Assembly: GCF_009834535.1 (NCBI RefSeq)
Contig: NC_045701.1
Coordinates: 20,522,001-20,586,000 of the forward strand
Length of the DNA stretch: 64,000 nt
Direction: 5' to 3'
Origin: Camelus ferus
Taxonomy: Eukaryota
The position numbers and the translations under genes were made by a program. Each line of letters begins with the position of its first letter. The stretch's first letter is position 1. Positions 25,260-41,704 of this stretch are shown one piece after another. A model generated the notes under the pieces. The model was not told the DNA's origin, did not search any database, and saw only the letters and a list, made by a program, of their open reading frames with translations.

Positions 25260-26451
25260 TCAGTTAGTTAGGGCAATAAGAGCCTCTACCACGTTGCCCA
25301 TGTGTTCCCTCAGGCTCCGTTCTGCTGCTGCTCGGGAGATCTCCATCTCTGTCATCTGCAGGAAAGGATCAATGATGTTACCTAAGCCTCCTCCCAGGGA
25401 TTAATGTGCCAGCAAAACATGCTGACTGTTTCAGGAAACAACCCAAATTAAGCAAAGTAATGTCACACTCCCCATACACTAGTTAGGCATTACTACTCAC
25501 TATCAGCTCCAGATCTTCTTTCTTGATGGTGACTTTTGCCAGTTCCTTCTCCCTGCAAATATTCAAGTACTTCAGCCCTCCTCCTCTACCTCCACCATAG
25601 AACTCCCAGAAAGGATCATTCCCAACAGTGCCTTATAAATAAATGACTCTTCATAAACACTGTTGACTGAAAATGCAAAACTACTCCCACTCCCTCACCT
25701 AGCATCCCATTCCATTCCCCGGAATATTTACAGCAGCCAGCAGGTATTGCCCAAGAGGCTTTTCCTTCCACCAACAAAAAAGTAAAGTTTCAAATCTTAG
25801 ATCTGTAGGAACTGGTGACAGCGTTGAAGAACAGTACAAGGTACAAAAGCCTTTTTATTTCTGGGGAAAGAGGGGCTGGTAGTGTTGGCTGCATGCAGAC
25901 TTACCGCTCCTGTTTGGCTTTCTGCTCCCGGGACCGTCTATCTCCTATCACGGACATTGCCTATGGGAAACACGGCTCTAGTTACTGCTCGGCTACCCAC
26001 AATTCCCAATAATCTAAAATACCATTAGCAAGTGGATGAGGTGTGTATTCAGGATGACGCGTGTACCACTAATCAGGGCCTTCAATTCCGTGCACCTGGG
26101 ATCCACTTTAAACCCAATTTCTATCAAACTCCTTTTCGCAAGAGTCGGGCTCCAGTGCCAGTTGTTTCCCTCTTGCCTCCTCCCGCCGTCAGGATCGGGA
26201 GCCCCGTCCTGGCGGAGCGGGGCTTCCAGTTACAGCCTCACAGCCCTTTCTGCTCTCATCCCACCTAGCACGCTCTCGGCCAACCTCACCGTCTCCAGAT
26301 TGGAACTCTGGATCTCCTTCTCCTCCGCGTAGTCGGTGACTCGCTCCAGGTCCGCCGCACCACTGTCATGCTTCCTCGGCTTCTCGGGAGGGCGCTCCGG
26401 GCCGCTGGTCTCGGTCTCCAACTCCAGCTCCACGTCCCCCTCGGTCGCCAT
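25260..26451 (-). CDS. HYPK: Huntingtin-interacting protein K, 121 aa
   Basis: Exons 26451-26290, 25960-25905, 25552-25501, 25355-25260; 366 nt; MATEGDVELELETETSGPERPPEKPRKH...GNVVEALIALTN*. GT-AG borders, phases consistent. Confidence 0.97.
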
Positions 26452-26660
26452 CTCGATCTCGCTGAGCCGCCCCACGACCCGGCCCCGCCTCAGGAAGACT
26501 TCCGGTAAGTGCCCCGCAACTTCCGCCGAGAGGAGGAGGCGGGGCTGGCCCCGAGCCACAACTTCTTTACTGCTCGGGCTTTAGTAGCTTAAGCAAGGAA
26601 ACCGGTTTGCCTCTCAGACTTCCTTCCGGGCTTGTACAGCGTTGTTTTCTGCCAGGCCCT
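26200..26660. promoter_or_regulatory. HYPK CpG island / divergent HYPK-SERINC4 promoter
   Basis: CpG-dense over HYPK exon 1; ETS-type ACTTCCGG at 26498-26505; start codons 26451 (-) and 27067 (+) are about 0.6 kb apart, head to head. Confidence 0.7.
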
Positions 26661-27066
26661 GTCCCAGAACTAACCCGTCACCACTTCAGATATTCCCAAC
26701 CTTGCCCCCTCTTCAACTAGACCCCGCCCACACAGCCCAAGGAGCTCTGTTCAAGATGGACGATGTCTAATCCTAAACCAATTACTGAATGCTAATCTAA
26801 GGAGGCCAGATATGCAAACTGCTCCCTAATCTGGGGAGAACAGCCTGAGTGAACCAATGGGTCCTGGGGAGAAACTTGTTTCACAGGGGCATTTGCATTT
26901 ACCACATCCGGGGAGGTCGGTGTTCTCCTGTTGTCCCGCCCCATTCTGCCTTAAACTGGGTGACCAGCCCCAGCACAACAGCAGGCCAATGGGCTGAGGA
27001 CAAAAGAAAGCTACTTTCTCATCTACCTTCCATCTGTTGGACCTGGGCCTAATCTCTGGGATAAGG

Positions 27067-31558
<4,492 letters not shown>

Positions 31559-32392
31559 CAAATATCCAGTTTAAGTACTTATAACAAATTGGGGTTTCCT
31601 TGAAGCTGTACTCCCTAATCCTGCCTCTTGGGAGCTATTCAGCCCAACAAATACCTCAAGGACACAATGGATAGTTACCTCCCTCGAGGCTGAAGTCAGT
31701 CCTATGTCTGAATTTTAAAGCATGCCCATACACACCCTAATGCCCTGGGCAGAGCAACTGACTCACTGGAGCTACCGTTACATCTTCACCCCAGCTCAAG
31801 AGCCTGACTCTCAAGTCAGCAGCTCAGGAACCACTACTGATCCCAGCAGACAGTCTGGCACCAGCTCTTTCCTGGCTTTCACGGTGGAGATGGGGGCAGG
31901 GAAAGACCAACAGGGACTTAAGACTTACTTGGCTCTGCCCTTGCAGATAAAAAGGAAAATAAGCAGTTTAGCCCTAGGAATGTAAGAAGCCCAGCACCCT
32001 AGAACAAACCAGGACACAGGAAGAAAGGAGCAGAGACTACCCTAGGTTTTAATCCTGATTTGAGGTAAAAGGAAATGGGAAGACAAAAACCACCTTCATT
32101 CCATGAGGAATGACAGAAGAGAAATGTGAACACTTGAGACTGGCTGACCATGGGAAGTCAGTGAGCAGCAGGATCTGGGCCAACTTTTAAGCAGGCAAAC
32201 AAACTGAGGAAGAATGAGGAAGAGGGGCATAAACTTAGGTCTTGGAGCCCTCCTTCTTAGGACCCCAACTCCATCCTTAGGATGGTGTTCAAGGTCTGAG
32301 TGGGGGACAGAAATCACAGAAAAGAAGTCCCTAAAGTTCTTAGAGGATTTCTCTACCACATACCTAGAATATTTGTCTGTTTGTTGTAGTAC

Positions 32393-32398
32393 AATAAA
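32393..32398 (+). terminator. Candidate SERINC4 polyadenylation signal AATAAA
   Basis: AATAAA followed by GT/T-rich sequence, about 160 nt from the convergent SERF2 signal. Confidence 0.4.
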
Positions 32399-32539
32399 AG
32401 GTTTTTTCTGTGATGTTTCACTTAATCTACATACCCACAACCTTTAGCGTCTAAAGTTCTCTCCCCTTTTGGTGGGAAAGGGCAGCCATTCCTCCATCCC
32501 CATCCCCCCAAATCCCCAGTCAAACCAGGCGCTCAAGGA

Positions 32540-32740
32540 ATTACAAAGCTACTTTTAATACTTTGGGGTGAGCCCCACAGGAATAAAAAACACTGGGAAA
32601 GGGTAACCCCCTCACCCCCAGGAGTGGCCCAGGGGAAGAGAGGCTACCTGAGGGGAAGGAAGCACAAAAGGGACCCGCTGCAGACTCAGGGCAAAGGGAA
32701 TGCCATCGGTGCTGGGACCTGTGAGCACTACAGGAGAAAC
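32540..32740 (-). other. SERF2: SERF2 3' UTR with ATTAAA polyadenylation signal (32559-32554)
   Basis: Matches my recollection of the human SERF2 3' UTR (GTAGTGCTCACAGGTCCCAGCACCGATGGCATTCCCTTTGCCCTGAG...GTATTAAAAGTAGCTTTGTAATTCC). Confidence 0.8.
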
Positions 32741-32968
32741 NNNNNNNNNNNNNNNNNNNNNNNNNNNNNNNNNNNNNNNNNNNNNNNNNNNNNNNNNNNN
32801 NNNNNNNNNNNNNNNNNNNNNNNNNNNNNNNNNNNNNNNNNNNNNNNNNNNNNNNNNNNNNNNNNNNNNNNNNNNNNNNNNNNNNNNNNNNNNNNNNNNN
32901 NNNNNNNNNNNNNNNNNNNNNNNNNNNNNNNNNNNNNNNNNNNNNNNNNNNNNNNNNNNNNNNNNNNN
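32741..32968. other. Assembly gap (228 N) covering the coding part of SERF2 exon 3
   Basis: N run between SERF2 intron 2 and its 3' UTR. Confidence 0.95.
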
Positions 32969-33479
32969 ATGGGACAAAATTCAGCATGTGGCTGCTGTAT
33001 TCCCACCCTAGGAGTACAAGAGGAAGAGAGCTGGGGCTCAAAAGGCAATCAGTCTCTATCTGGCTGTTGCCCAAGGGGTCAGAAGTCTGGCCACACAGGC
33101 CCAAGGCTGTGCTGAGTACCATACCCAGCAACACCAATGAGAAGGTTGGGAAAAGGGAGGGCAAATGAACCGCAAGGAGGGCCAAAAGTACCGGGCTGTC
33201 ATAACCACTACTGCATTTGAAATGTGAAGCTCCCTGCCCTTGCCCTTAAGGTCAGACCCAAGGGGCACTCAGAAATCAGACCGAGGGCAGGCACCCGCCC
33301 CAGTCCCTTCCTGTAACAGTGAGCCAACAATTTAGAGGGTTAGAGGAATAAAACCCTAGAGGAAACAATGCACTTTGTCCCTCACGACTAGTCCATATGT
33401 AAGCCCTGAGGTAGCTCTTTCCTGGCACAACCCTTGGTCTAACCCAGGCCTCACCCTCCCCTTCCCTCCCCTCCCTGGG

Positions 33480-34600
33480 GCTACCTCTGCTTGCGGGCGG
33501 CAGCAGAAAGCCCGTCATCTCGGCGCTTTCCCTTAACCGAGTCGCTCTGCTTTTTCATGTTCTTCTGGCGGGCGAGCTCGCGCTGGTTACCGCCTAAAGA
33601 AAGAAGGTAAAAGGCTGAGACGCGAGGGCCTTTCTGGCCACGCACCGGCGACCCTTTTCCCTCAGCCGAACACCAATAAGCTCCGACACTTCATTCCCCG
33701 GGCGCGGACACCGGCCCGTTTCCGGGCCTAGGCTGCAGATCGGGCGGGGTGCGGGGGAGAGCTGCCACGGGACAGGTCAAACCGGGGGGTGAGGGTGGGA
33801 GGATGGTCCCAAGGAGTCTGCTAGAAGCGCGTTTCGAATTTCGGGGAGACATGGGGGCACAGTGAAGTGGCGGGGTGTGTGCACGAGCTGGCCTGTGGGG
33901 GATGGGCAGGGACCTGGAGTAGGGGGGCTCTGGGTCTATCACAGGGACGCAGGGCTTCTTCCCACACCGCCGAAGGTCGAGGAGGACCCTTGCCTGACGT
34001 GGCGGGGGAGGGTGGGGAGAAATTCTCAAGAAGTGGCAGTGGGCAATGGGTCGATTTCCGGGCTCCGAGTGTGAGGGTCGCTAAAGAGCGCTCCCAGAGA
34101 AAGGCCTCAGTGGGGAAGCCAAAAGGAGGTCAATGCCGAAATTCGGCACTCGTATCTAGGATGGAAAGGGAGAAAAGGGCAAAAGGAGGGGGCTTCAGTG
34201 CTCACGGGTCATGGCGACGGCAGCGGCTCCGGCCTGCCTCCGTTGCGTCCCCTCGTTCAGTCCGACGTTGCAGGCCCCGCCCCTTTCTCCCAGCGTAACG
34301 AAGTCGTCGTTTCCTCCCCGCCCCTTCGCGCCCGGGCGCCCGCTTCCATTGGACAGGAAGAAACACGTGGGACGGCCGGCCACGCTGGAGCCTGGGTGGC
34401 TGAGAGGCGGAGGTTGGCAGGCCGAGCGCCTGCGTGGGGCGGGGCTTCCTGAGCAAGTCGTTTAGGTCGGGCGGGGAGAAAGTAGGCCGGGTCACGTGGG
34501 TAGGGTGGGGGTGGACGGGTGCGGCTGGCGATGTGGCGCTCCCGCGGCCTCGGGCACGTGACCTAGAAGAATGACCTCATGCGAGGACGGTTTGGGACAC
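33480..34600 (-). promoter_or_regulatory. SERF2 CpG island and promoter
   Basis: CpG-dense; CCAAT (ATTGG at about 34348) and CACGTG E-boxes at 34364, 34493 and 34555. Confidence 0.75.
33485..34212 (-). CDS. SERF2: Small EDRK-rich factor 2, coding exons 1-2 (exon 3 coding part inferred to lie in N gap 32741-32968)
   Basis: Exon 1 coding 34212-34206 (ATGACCC/gtgag), exon 2 33593-33485 ([35 protein letters not shown]). A SERF2-like 3' UTR resumes right after the gap. Confidence 0.95.
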
Positions 34601-35339
34601 TAACAAACTTGTCCAGAGGGAACGCTGGGGGAACAGAGGGCGGGGGTTGCGGGGGCCAAAGTGGTCCAGCCAGTTCTGTTATCAAAACTCAAACTTGGCC
34701 TTGTTACTTAGGATCCCCCCACCCAACCACCTATTTGGACACTTGAGTTCACGTACCGTGTAAAATCATGTACAAACACAACCCAGAAACTCCCTTCTGA
34801 CCGCACTGTTCCCCTATCCCAAACTCCTCCAATATAGAAATTCGCAGCCACGTCGTTTATATCCTAAAATTTTGGTCCTGTTCATATCCCACATAAGCTT
34901 TAAATATGTAGCTTGGAAATACTGGAGGACCCCAAACTCAGGCTTTGAAGTTGGATCAGGGACTAAAAGGGTGAGAAATGCACATAGTATCCATTTCTCC
35001 CTCTGGCATTTTCCCACTGTACTATCTCCACCAGCCACACCTGGTTTGTAATTGGCAATTGGATAGGGCAGGAAGCTTAGATTTCCCACTAAACTCATTC
35101 TCATTCCCAGCTTCACTAATCTGTAGAAGACTCCCCACTCGTCCTGGGGAATTCACTTGATAAAGGAGAAATGCTTAGGGGAATCTCACAGGAAAGGATT
35201 GGTTGTAAATTTTAACTTGTGATTCTCTCCAGCTAGTGCCCATAGCAGAACCGAGTTGAGGTTGGAACTTCAAACTAGCTTCCTCCTCAACCCAGAGCTG
35301 ATGGGCAGGCAATAAACCGCATTAAGTACCATCCTCATG

Positions 35340-35810
35340 ATTTTTACCATACCCAAGTATCAATTGAACTACTATTTATTACTTTAAAATTTTGTATCAG
35401 TCTTAAATGAGGGATATAACTCAAACTTAATATTCCTTTAGTAAATTTAAAATCAGTATCATCTGTTCACAAACAAAACTATAAACTAAAAATAAATAAC
35501 TATATTTATAACTATAACTATGAAAATAAATACAATGAAAGTGAAAATATTATTAAACTACCAAAATAGTATCACTGTCAAGGTGCCGCACCTGGGGCCT
35601 GCCCTCTCTTTCTTAGGAGAAATTAATAAGTGTTAGAGATGAAAAAAGGCATGTCTTTCAAACTGAAGCTTTCTCTTTATATAATCAGAAGATTGGAAAG
35701 CATTTAATTTTTGTATTTTCAGTATGATTTAATGCTATATCTATATACTAATTAAAATTACTTCTCATACCACCAGTAGCATGTCTCCTACCAGTTGGTA
35801 CATACTGAAT
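35340..35810. mobile_element. Probable degenerate hAT-Charlie DNA transposon
   Basis: AT-rich sequence resembling Charlie-family internal sequence; family uncertain. Confidence 0.35.
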
Positions 35811-35819
35811 GTAATAGAT

Positions 35820-36010
35820 CAACATTAGTGGCCCACATAACAGTGTACAAATTCTGCCTCTGCTACTTACTGGATTTGATTCTGGACATTTATTTTCTCC
35901 ATGCTTCAATTTCTTTATATGAAAAACGGGAATAATATCTACCCTCTAGTATGTGGAAGAGATTAATACAGATAATTTGGTGTAAAGGTCTTGGCCCATA
36001 AGAGGTATTT
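35820..36010. mobile_element. MIR SINE
   Basis: aaattctgcctctgctacttactgg...ctccatgcttcaatttctttatatgaaaaacgggaataata. Confidence 0.7.
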
Positions 36011-36080
36011 AGTTAATGTCTCCTCCATCTTCCTTTTTCAACTCCTGAGACTTCTTCCTTCTCCAGATTCCTCTAACCCC

Positions 36081-36450
36081 TGTGTAGCAGCCAGTCTCTG
36101 AAATGCCCCCCAATGGTCCCTCCCTCCTGGTATTCACATCCTTGTGTTTCCCTCTCCCACACTAAATCAGGGACCCAAGGCTCTGAATCAGAGAGGAGGT
36201 GAGGCAGGGTTTAGGAACCCCACATATGAAGTGAGAAGATGAGGAAACTTGACTTGAAGGGCGGGGACATCATCTGCAGACCTACAGCAACAGACTGACC
36301 ACAGTTCATAAAAAGAATCTGGTTTCCTAGCCCCAGGTTCCCATGGGTCCCCTTGTATGTAGAGAAACCACAGAACCAGCCCCATGGGGAAAACTGAGCT
36401 AGTCAGAGATGAGTGAAATAGTGCAGGATGAGGAAGCAAGTTCTCTTTCA
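36081..36450. mobile_element. LTR fragments (MLT1F-like start followed by an ERVL/MaLR-like piece)
   Basis: ccaatggtccctccctcctggtattcacatccttgtgtttccctctcccacactaaatcaggg matches an MLT1F/G-type 5' end. Confidence 0.55.
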
Positions 36451-36629
36451 CACCTGCTACTTCTTAATTAACTTCAGCAGCTCAGGTGGGTGAGAGAGTG
36501 ACCAATCCTGTAAATAGTCTCCTCTTAATTCACCCGACTCTACCCACCGTGCTCAAGAGTCTATTTCCAATCCTAACAGAACCTAGACTGGTTGCCATAC
36601 CTCCAGTCTTATTTTTCCAGGAGTTGCCA

Positions 36630-36738
36630 AAAAGTTCACTCATTTTTTCCCCCTTAACAGAGGCACTGGGGATCAAACCCAGGACCTTGTGTACATCAAG
36701 CTTGCACTCTACCATCGAAATTTACTCCCCATCCCCTA
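36630..36738 (-). mobile_element. tRNA-derived SINE (Vic-1-like), diverged
   Basis: gaggcactggggatcaaacccaggaccttgtgtacatcaagcttgcactctacc. Confidence 0.75.
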
Positions 36739-36759
36739 AAGTTCACTTATTCTTTCAAC

Positions 36760-39300
36760 AAATATTCATTGTGTTATGTACTGTGTACCAACTATTGTAT
36801 TAGTCATTAGGTATACAGTGACGAACAAAAGATACATATCACCATGCTCATGCAACATATAGTGTAGAGAAGAAACAATTCTCTCTCTATAAATAATACA
36901 TATATAAGTATTTCTGTGTGTATGTGTGTGTATATATATATTATGCAAATAGCTTTGAAAGAAATGAACAGATTTTACACAAGGATGGTATTCAAAATAT
37001 TTAACAGGGCACACAGCATAAGCACCTACCCATCAAAACAGATAGTGTAATCTAAATAAAGACTTATCTGTGAATGATTCATCTACCTGTCCGGTAAGAA
37101 ATCGTAGTACAGCTGGTTCTGTGAAGGGATTATATGGATAGACCCTAAATTTGATTACGGAAGTGAAACAAGTCACATTTGAGCTGAGGCAAAAAGATGA
37201 AGAGTTAGCCAGGCCAAGGACAGGGGTGCGGGGGAACTTTTCAAGAGAAGAAACAGCTGAAAGAAAAAAAGAAAAAGAGGAAACAGCATGTGTGAAGGCC
37301 CTAAGGCCCTGCTCCCTCAGGTCATCCCATCAACAGCCGCAAGGTTAGTGGATAGATGATAGGCAAGTCACTTGTGCCTAGTGAGCATGGTATGAAACTA
37401 GGTCAGGAAGTAGGTAGGGTAGTGATATGATCTGAGTCACTACAGCTAATACCATTGCTAGCTAACATTAAATGAGTGCTTTTACATATATTAAGTGTAC
37501 TCTTCTTATTTGACACTTACAATGACCTTTTCCGGTGTCATTATCCCCTTTCTACCGAGTTAGAAACATCGGCACAGTCTGAGCTTGCCCAAGGAAGCTC
37601 AGATAATAACGGGTGGGGCTCAGAGTCTAATCCAGCCTGTGCTCTTCATCAGCAGGAGGTGAATTTTGAAGAGATCACTCTGTGGGAGGAAAGTGGATTA
37701 GAGGAGATAAATGGAAATTGGGAGACCAGTCCAGAGGCTATCACAGACATCCAGGATGCCAGGCCTAATTTAGTAACAGAAAATTGAAATGCAGTTCAGA
37801 CCAATTTGGGCAAAAAGGGGAATTTGTTGGTTTACATAACCAAACTAGGGGATGGGCTGAGGTGTGACTAACTGTAAGGGAAACTAAAACCAATGTCAGG
37901 GTGATGCCTCTATGTCTCTTTGCTTTATTTTCTCAGACCCAGATCCCTTAACATGATAGGAAATGGCCACCAGTGGTTCCTGCCTAGAATCTCACAGCAT
38001 GTCCAAGAGAGAGAGTCTGAGTTGCTTCCTTTAGTTTCAGTTTTTAAAATCCCAGGACAGTGCTCTGATGGTTTAGGAGCTTACTCCTGTGGTGGGGAGG
38101 TGGTTGTGGGGCAGGATATAATGACAACAGCCCCTACCAGAACTACATGGTTAGCATTGGGAAGAAACAGTTTTATCGAAGAAAGGGAGTTTGTTCCCCA
38201 GAAAAGGAAAATGCTAGACAGATAAAACAAAAGATGTCTATTACATCAAGGAACAGAAGATGGCCACTTGGACTGAAATGGTAGTAGCAGAACTGGCAAA
38301 AGTGTGTGGCTTCAAAATATATTTTGGAGATTCAGTTAGAGAGGAAGATACTATTGATTTCTGGGTTCATTCATATTCTTCATCAAATATTTAGTCTACA
38401 TCTAGTAAGTGCCAGACCCTTCTAGGCACTGGTATACAGTGGTGAGCAAAATAGACATGGTCTCCGACCTCATGAAGTTAACACTTTAGTGGAGGAGACT
38501 TACAATTCACAAGTAGCCAAACTAAACAATACTAAAAAAAAGAACTGTATTAAGTGTTAAAAGTGCAAGGATGAAGAATAATGGAAGAGATCCACTTCTA
38601 TGGTGACATTTGAACTGAGGCTTGGAGCCAGCTGTAGGGGAAGTAGAAGAGAGTTCCAGCAGCACAGGTGAATTCCAAACATTTCTAAAATCCCTCCTTT
38701 ATCAAGGAAGAGCAATACAGTTTTAGGAAAATCTTTACCTCCTCCCTATATTCCAAGGGTGCTCAATCAAAGAAAACTCATCACTCTTAGTGTTGATTGA
38801 CTCAGGAACCAGCACCTAAACCAATTATTGAATTGTATTCACCTGGTGGCAGTTACAGCTTCAGGAATTAATATGTGACAAATTGGCCTGATCAGAACAA
38901 AGGGAAGGACTTTTGTTCCATTGTGAGGAGAGGGACAGAGCTCTCTCCCACTGACTTGAATAAAGACGCACATACAAAAAAACAAAACAACAACAACAAC
39001 AACAAAAAAAGACACACATAGCCCCTGCTGCTTTTGGCTTCTATGACTTTGAAGTACAAACCTTAGGTTGAAGCAAAGTGAGTGGCAGAATAAGGAAACT
39101 TGGTCTTTGATAATGCTTGGGCTACTGGATACTGTAACATTTATTCTCTTTCTGAGCTTTCTGCTATGAGAACTACCATATTTGTTTTTGTGTAAGCTGC
39201 CTTGAGTCAGATTTCTGTTACTTCAGCCAAATACATTTTAATAATAAACAAACTACAGAAATAGCATATTCTAAGACCCTGAGGTGGGGAAAAGCTTGAA
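36760..39300. mobile_element. Mosaic of L2, MIR (about 37420-37640) and MLT1-type LTR pieces (about 37770-38245 and 38950-39245)
   Basis: L2 3'-end motifs (aaatatttag...gccagacccttctaggcactgg), a MIR core and MaLR-like ends; boundaries approximate. Confidence 0.55.
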
Positions 39301-39479
39301 TAATTAGATAAATTGAAGGGGATTACATAATAAAATGATCTAGTAAGATTAGCTAAAAGTGCAACCCGCCCTCTCCATGAATATCAAGCTTCTAGTTAGA
39401 TTTTAGTGCCTTCCTTGTAGAGATGAGTGGATAACCAAGGATCAGCAAGCATTGGGGGAAACACACTTAACATAAAAAT

Positions 39480-40960
39480 AAACCAAAACAAAGCAGAAAC
39501 AGAAAATAAGGTCTCAGAGGATCAAAAACAATTCCAGGAACAATAACAAAAAAAAAAAAAAAAAAAAAGGAAGGGAGACTATAATTAGTATCCTCAGAAA
39601 TGAAGAGGATATTGAACAAAAACTAGGGAGCTATTAAAAACAAACATTCAGAAAATGATAAAGAGCTCTTGGAAATTAAAAATATGATAGATGAAAGAAA
39701 AAATCAATAGAACTGTTGGAAGATAAAAATTGAAGAAATATTTCAGAAAATTGGACAGATAGTGATAGAAAGGAAAAAAACAAGAAAACTAGACAATCAG
39801 TTCAGGAGAGCCAACATCTGTATTATATGAGTTTCAGAATGAGAGGAAAGAAATCAGAGGAAGGAAAACGAAAATGGAGGGGCCCCACTCAGTGCCCAGC
39901 ACAAAGAATAAGAAAGTATCTACACCACCATGTATCAGAACACTGGAGTCAAAGAGAAGATTCTAAAGGCTTCTGAGACACATAACAGGTCACATACAAA
40001 GAACAAAGAATCAGGAACTTCAGACTTGTCAGCAGCAACACTGGAATCCAAAAAACAATGGAGTGATGTCATCAATATCTGAAGAAAAATAATTTAACAC
40101 CTAGATTTTTTTCACCCAGCCAAACCATCAATTAAGTATGAGAATATAATAAAGTTACACAAAGTCTCAAAAGACTTATCTACCATGCACCCTTGTCAGG
40201 AAGCTATTAGGGAGGTAGTCCACCAAAATAAGGGGGTAAATCAAAAGAAAAACTCATAGAATACAGGAAAAATGGTATCCAACATAGGAGAAAAGTGAAG
40301 AAAATTTCCAAGCAACTGTGAAGGGAGATCCCAGGATGATAACTTTGTAGCAGGTTTAGAGAGAAACTATTTCAGACTGGAACAGGAGAATGAAAAGGTC
40401 TAAGAAAAAAAATGAAGACTTGCGAAAATGATAAATTATCTGATTGAATATATGAAGAAGAAATTTCCACTTCTAGAAGAGAATATCTAGAATTAACTGA
40501 TAATAAGTACATACGCAAACTAAATACACAAACCAAAAAAGAGGTAATTATTATCAAGGGGAAACATACAAAAAAGAAAATGTAAACAGCACACAAAGTA
40601 TCATAGCTTATAAATAACATTTACAAACTCATAAAATGTAAACATTAAATATGGTATTGATAACAAAAGTAATATTACATTAGGAGGATGAAGAGAGAAA
40701 GTACATGCTTATATGTGGAGAAGATGAGAGAGTTAAGTTCTCATTTTAAAAATAGAAGCCAATGGCTAATATCTGAAACTTAAAAAGCCAGAAATGGCAT
40801 GATACTTAGAAAAAGCAGTAAATGCCAGAAGAAACAGCTAAAAGAGCTGTAATCTCCTTTGAGCCGTAGAAAGCAGAATGGGATAGGGATAAATATTTTT
40901 CATTATGCCTTGTAAGGAATTTATAGGTACATAACTTCCATGAAAACAAATAAGTACTAA
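39480..40960 (+). mobile_element. Old HAL1/L1 ORF1-like element
   Basis: gagctcttggaaattaaaaatatgatag...gaatcaggaacttcagacttgtcagcagcaacactgga; A-rich, degenerate. Confidence 0.6.
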
Positions 40961-41164
40961 GTTAAAAACCCAACCATGGTAATGAATACAATAGTCTAGG
41001 AGGGTAGAGGAGGCTGAGGAGGAGTCTAGGTACGGATCTCTTAGGAGCTGTCAGAAATGTACCCCTTCACCCCTGCCCCACCCCCACCCTCACCTCTGCC
41101 CTGCCCTCCTCCCACTCCCACCTCTCCCCCAACTCCACCCCTGCTCCCACCCCCAGGGGGACTG

Positions 41165-41655
41165 GTTTTTTTTGTTTGTTTGTTTTTTACTTTCTCTTTC
41201 TGATATTTCATTATTAGTGTAAAGAAATGCAACGGATTTCTGTATGTTAATCTTGTACCCTGCTACCTTACTGAATTCATTTATTAGTTCTAATAGTTTT
41301 TGTGTAAAATCTTTAGGATTTTCTATATAGAGTATCATGTCATCTGCATGTAATGACAGTTTTGCCTCTTCCCTTCTGATTTGGATATCTTTTATTTCTT
41401 ATGGTTACCAAAGGGGAAGGACGGGAGGGCTAAATTGGGAGTATGGGATTAACAGGTACACACTACCATATATAAGATAGATAAACAACAAGATTTTACT
41501 GTATAGCACAGGGAACTATATTCAATGTCTTATAATAAACTATAATGGAAATCCCCCCAAAATAATATAGATAAATACATATAGCTATATAACTGAATCA
41601 CTTTGCTGTACACCACAATATTGTAAATCAACTATACTTCAATTAAAAAATTAAG
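41165..41655. mobile_element. Young artiodactyl L1 pieces: antisense ORF2 RT fragment (about 41185-41400) joined to a sense 3' end (about 41400-41655)
   Basis: Minus-strand [44 protein letters not shown] is L1 RT; the + strand then gives atggttaccaaaggggaagg...gtaaatcaactatacttcaattaaaaaa. Confidence 0.85.
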
Positions 41656-41704
41656 ATTTTGGATGCCCAAAATCAGTAAATAAAAATAAAATACATTTTA
41701 AAAA

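Noticed and set aside
26452-26559. In-frame upstream extension of HYPK in the ORF track (MARGQPR...)
   Set aside because: It starts at GTG, not ATG; there is no upstream in-frame ATG, so the 121-aa form is the supported product.
32780-32968. Expected position of human MIR1282 (antisense to SERF2 exon 3)
   Set aside because: Falls in the N gap; nothing visible supports it.
33691-34495. Several 60-140 aa ORFs over the SERF2 CpG island (similar ones at 9298-9594, 26032-26584, 46116-47645)
   Set aside because: Stop-poor GC-rich DNA; overlapping frames with no recognisable domain.
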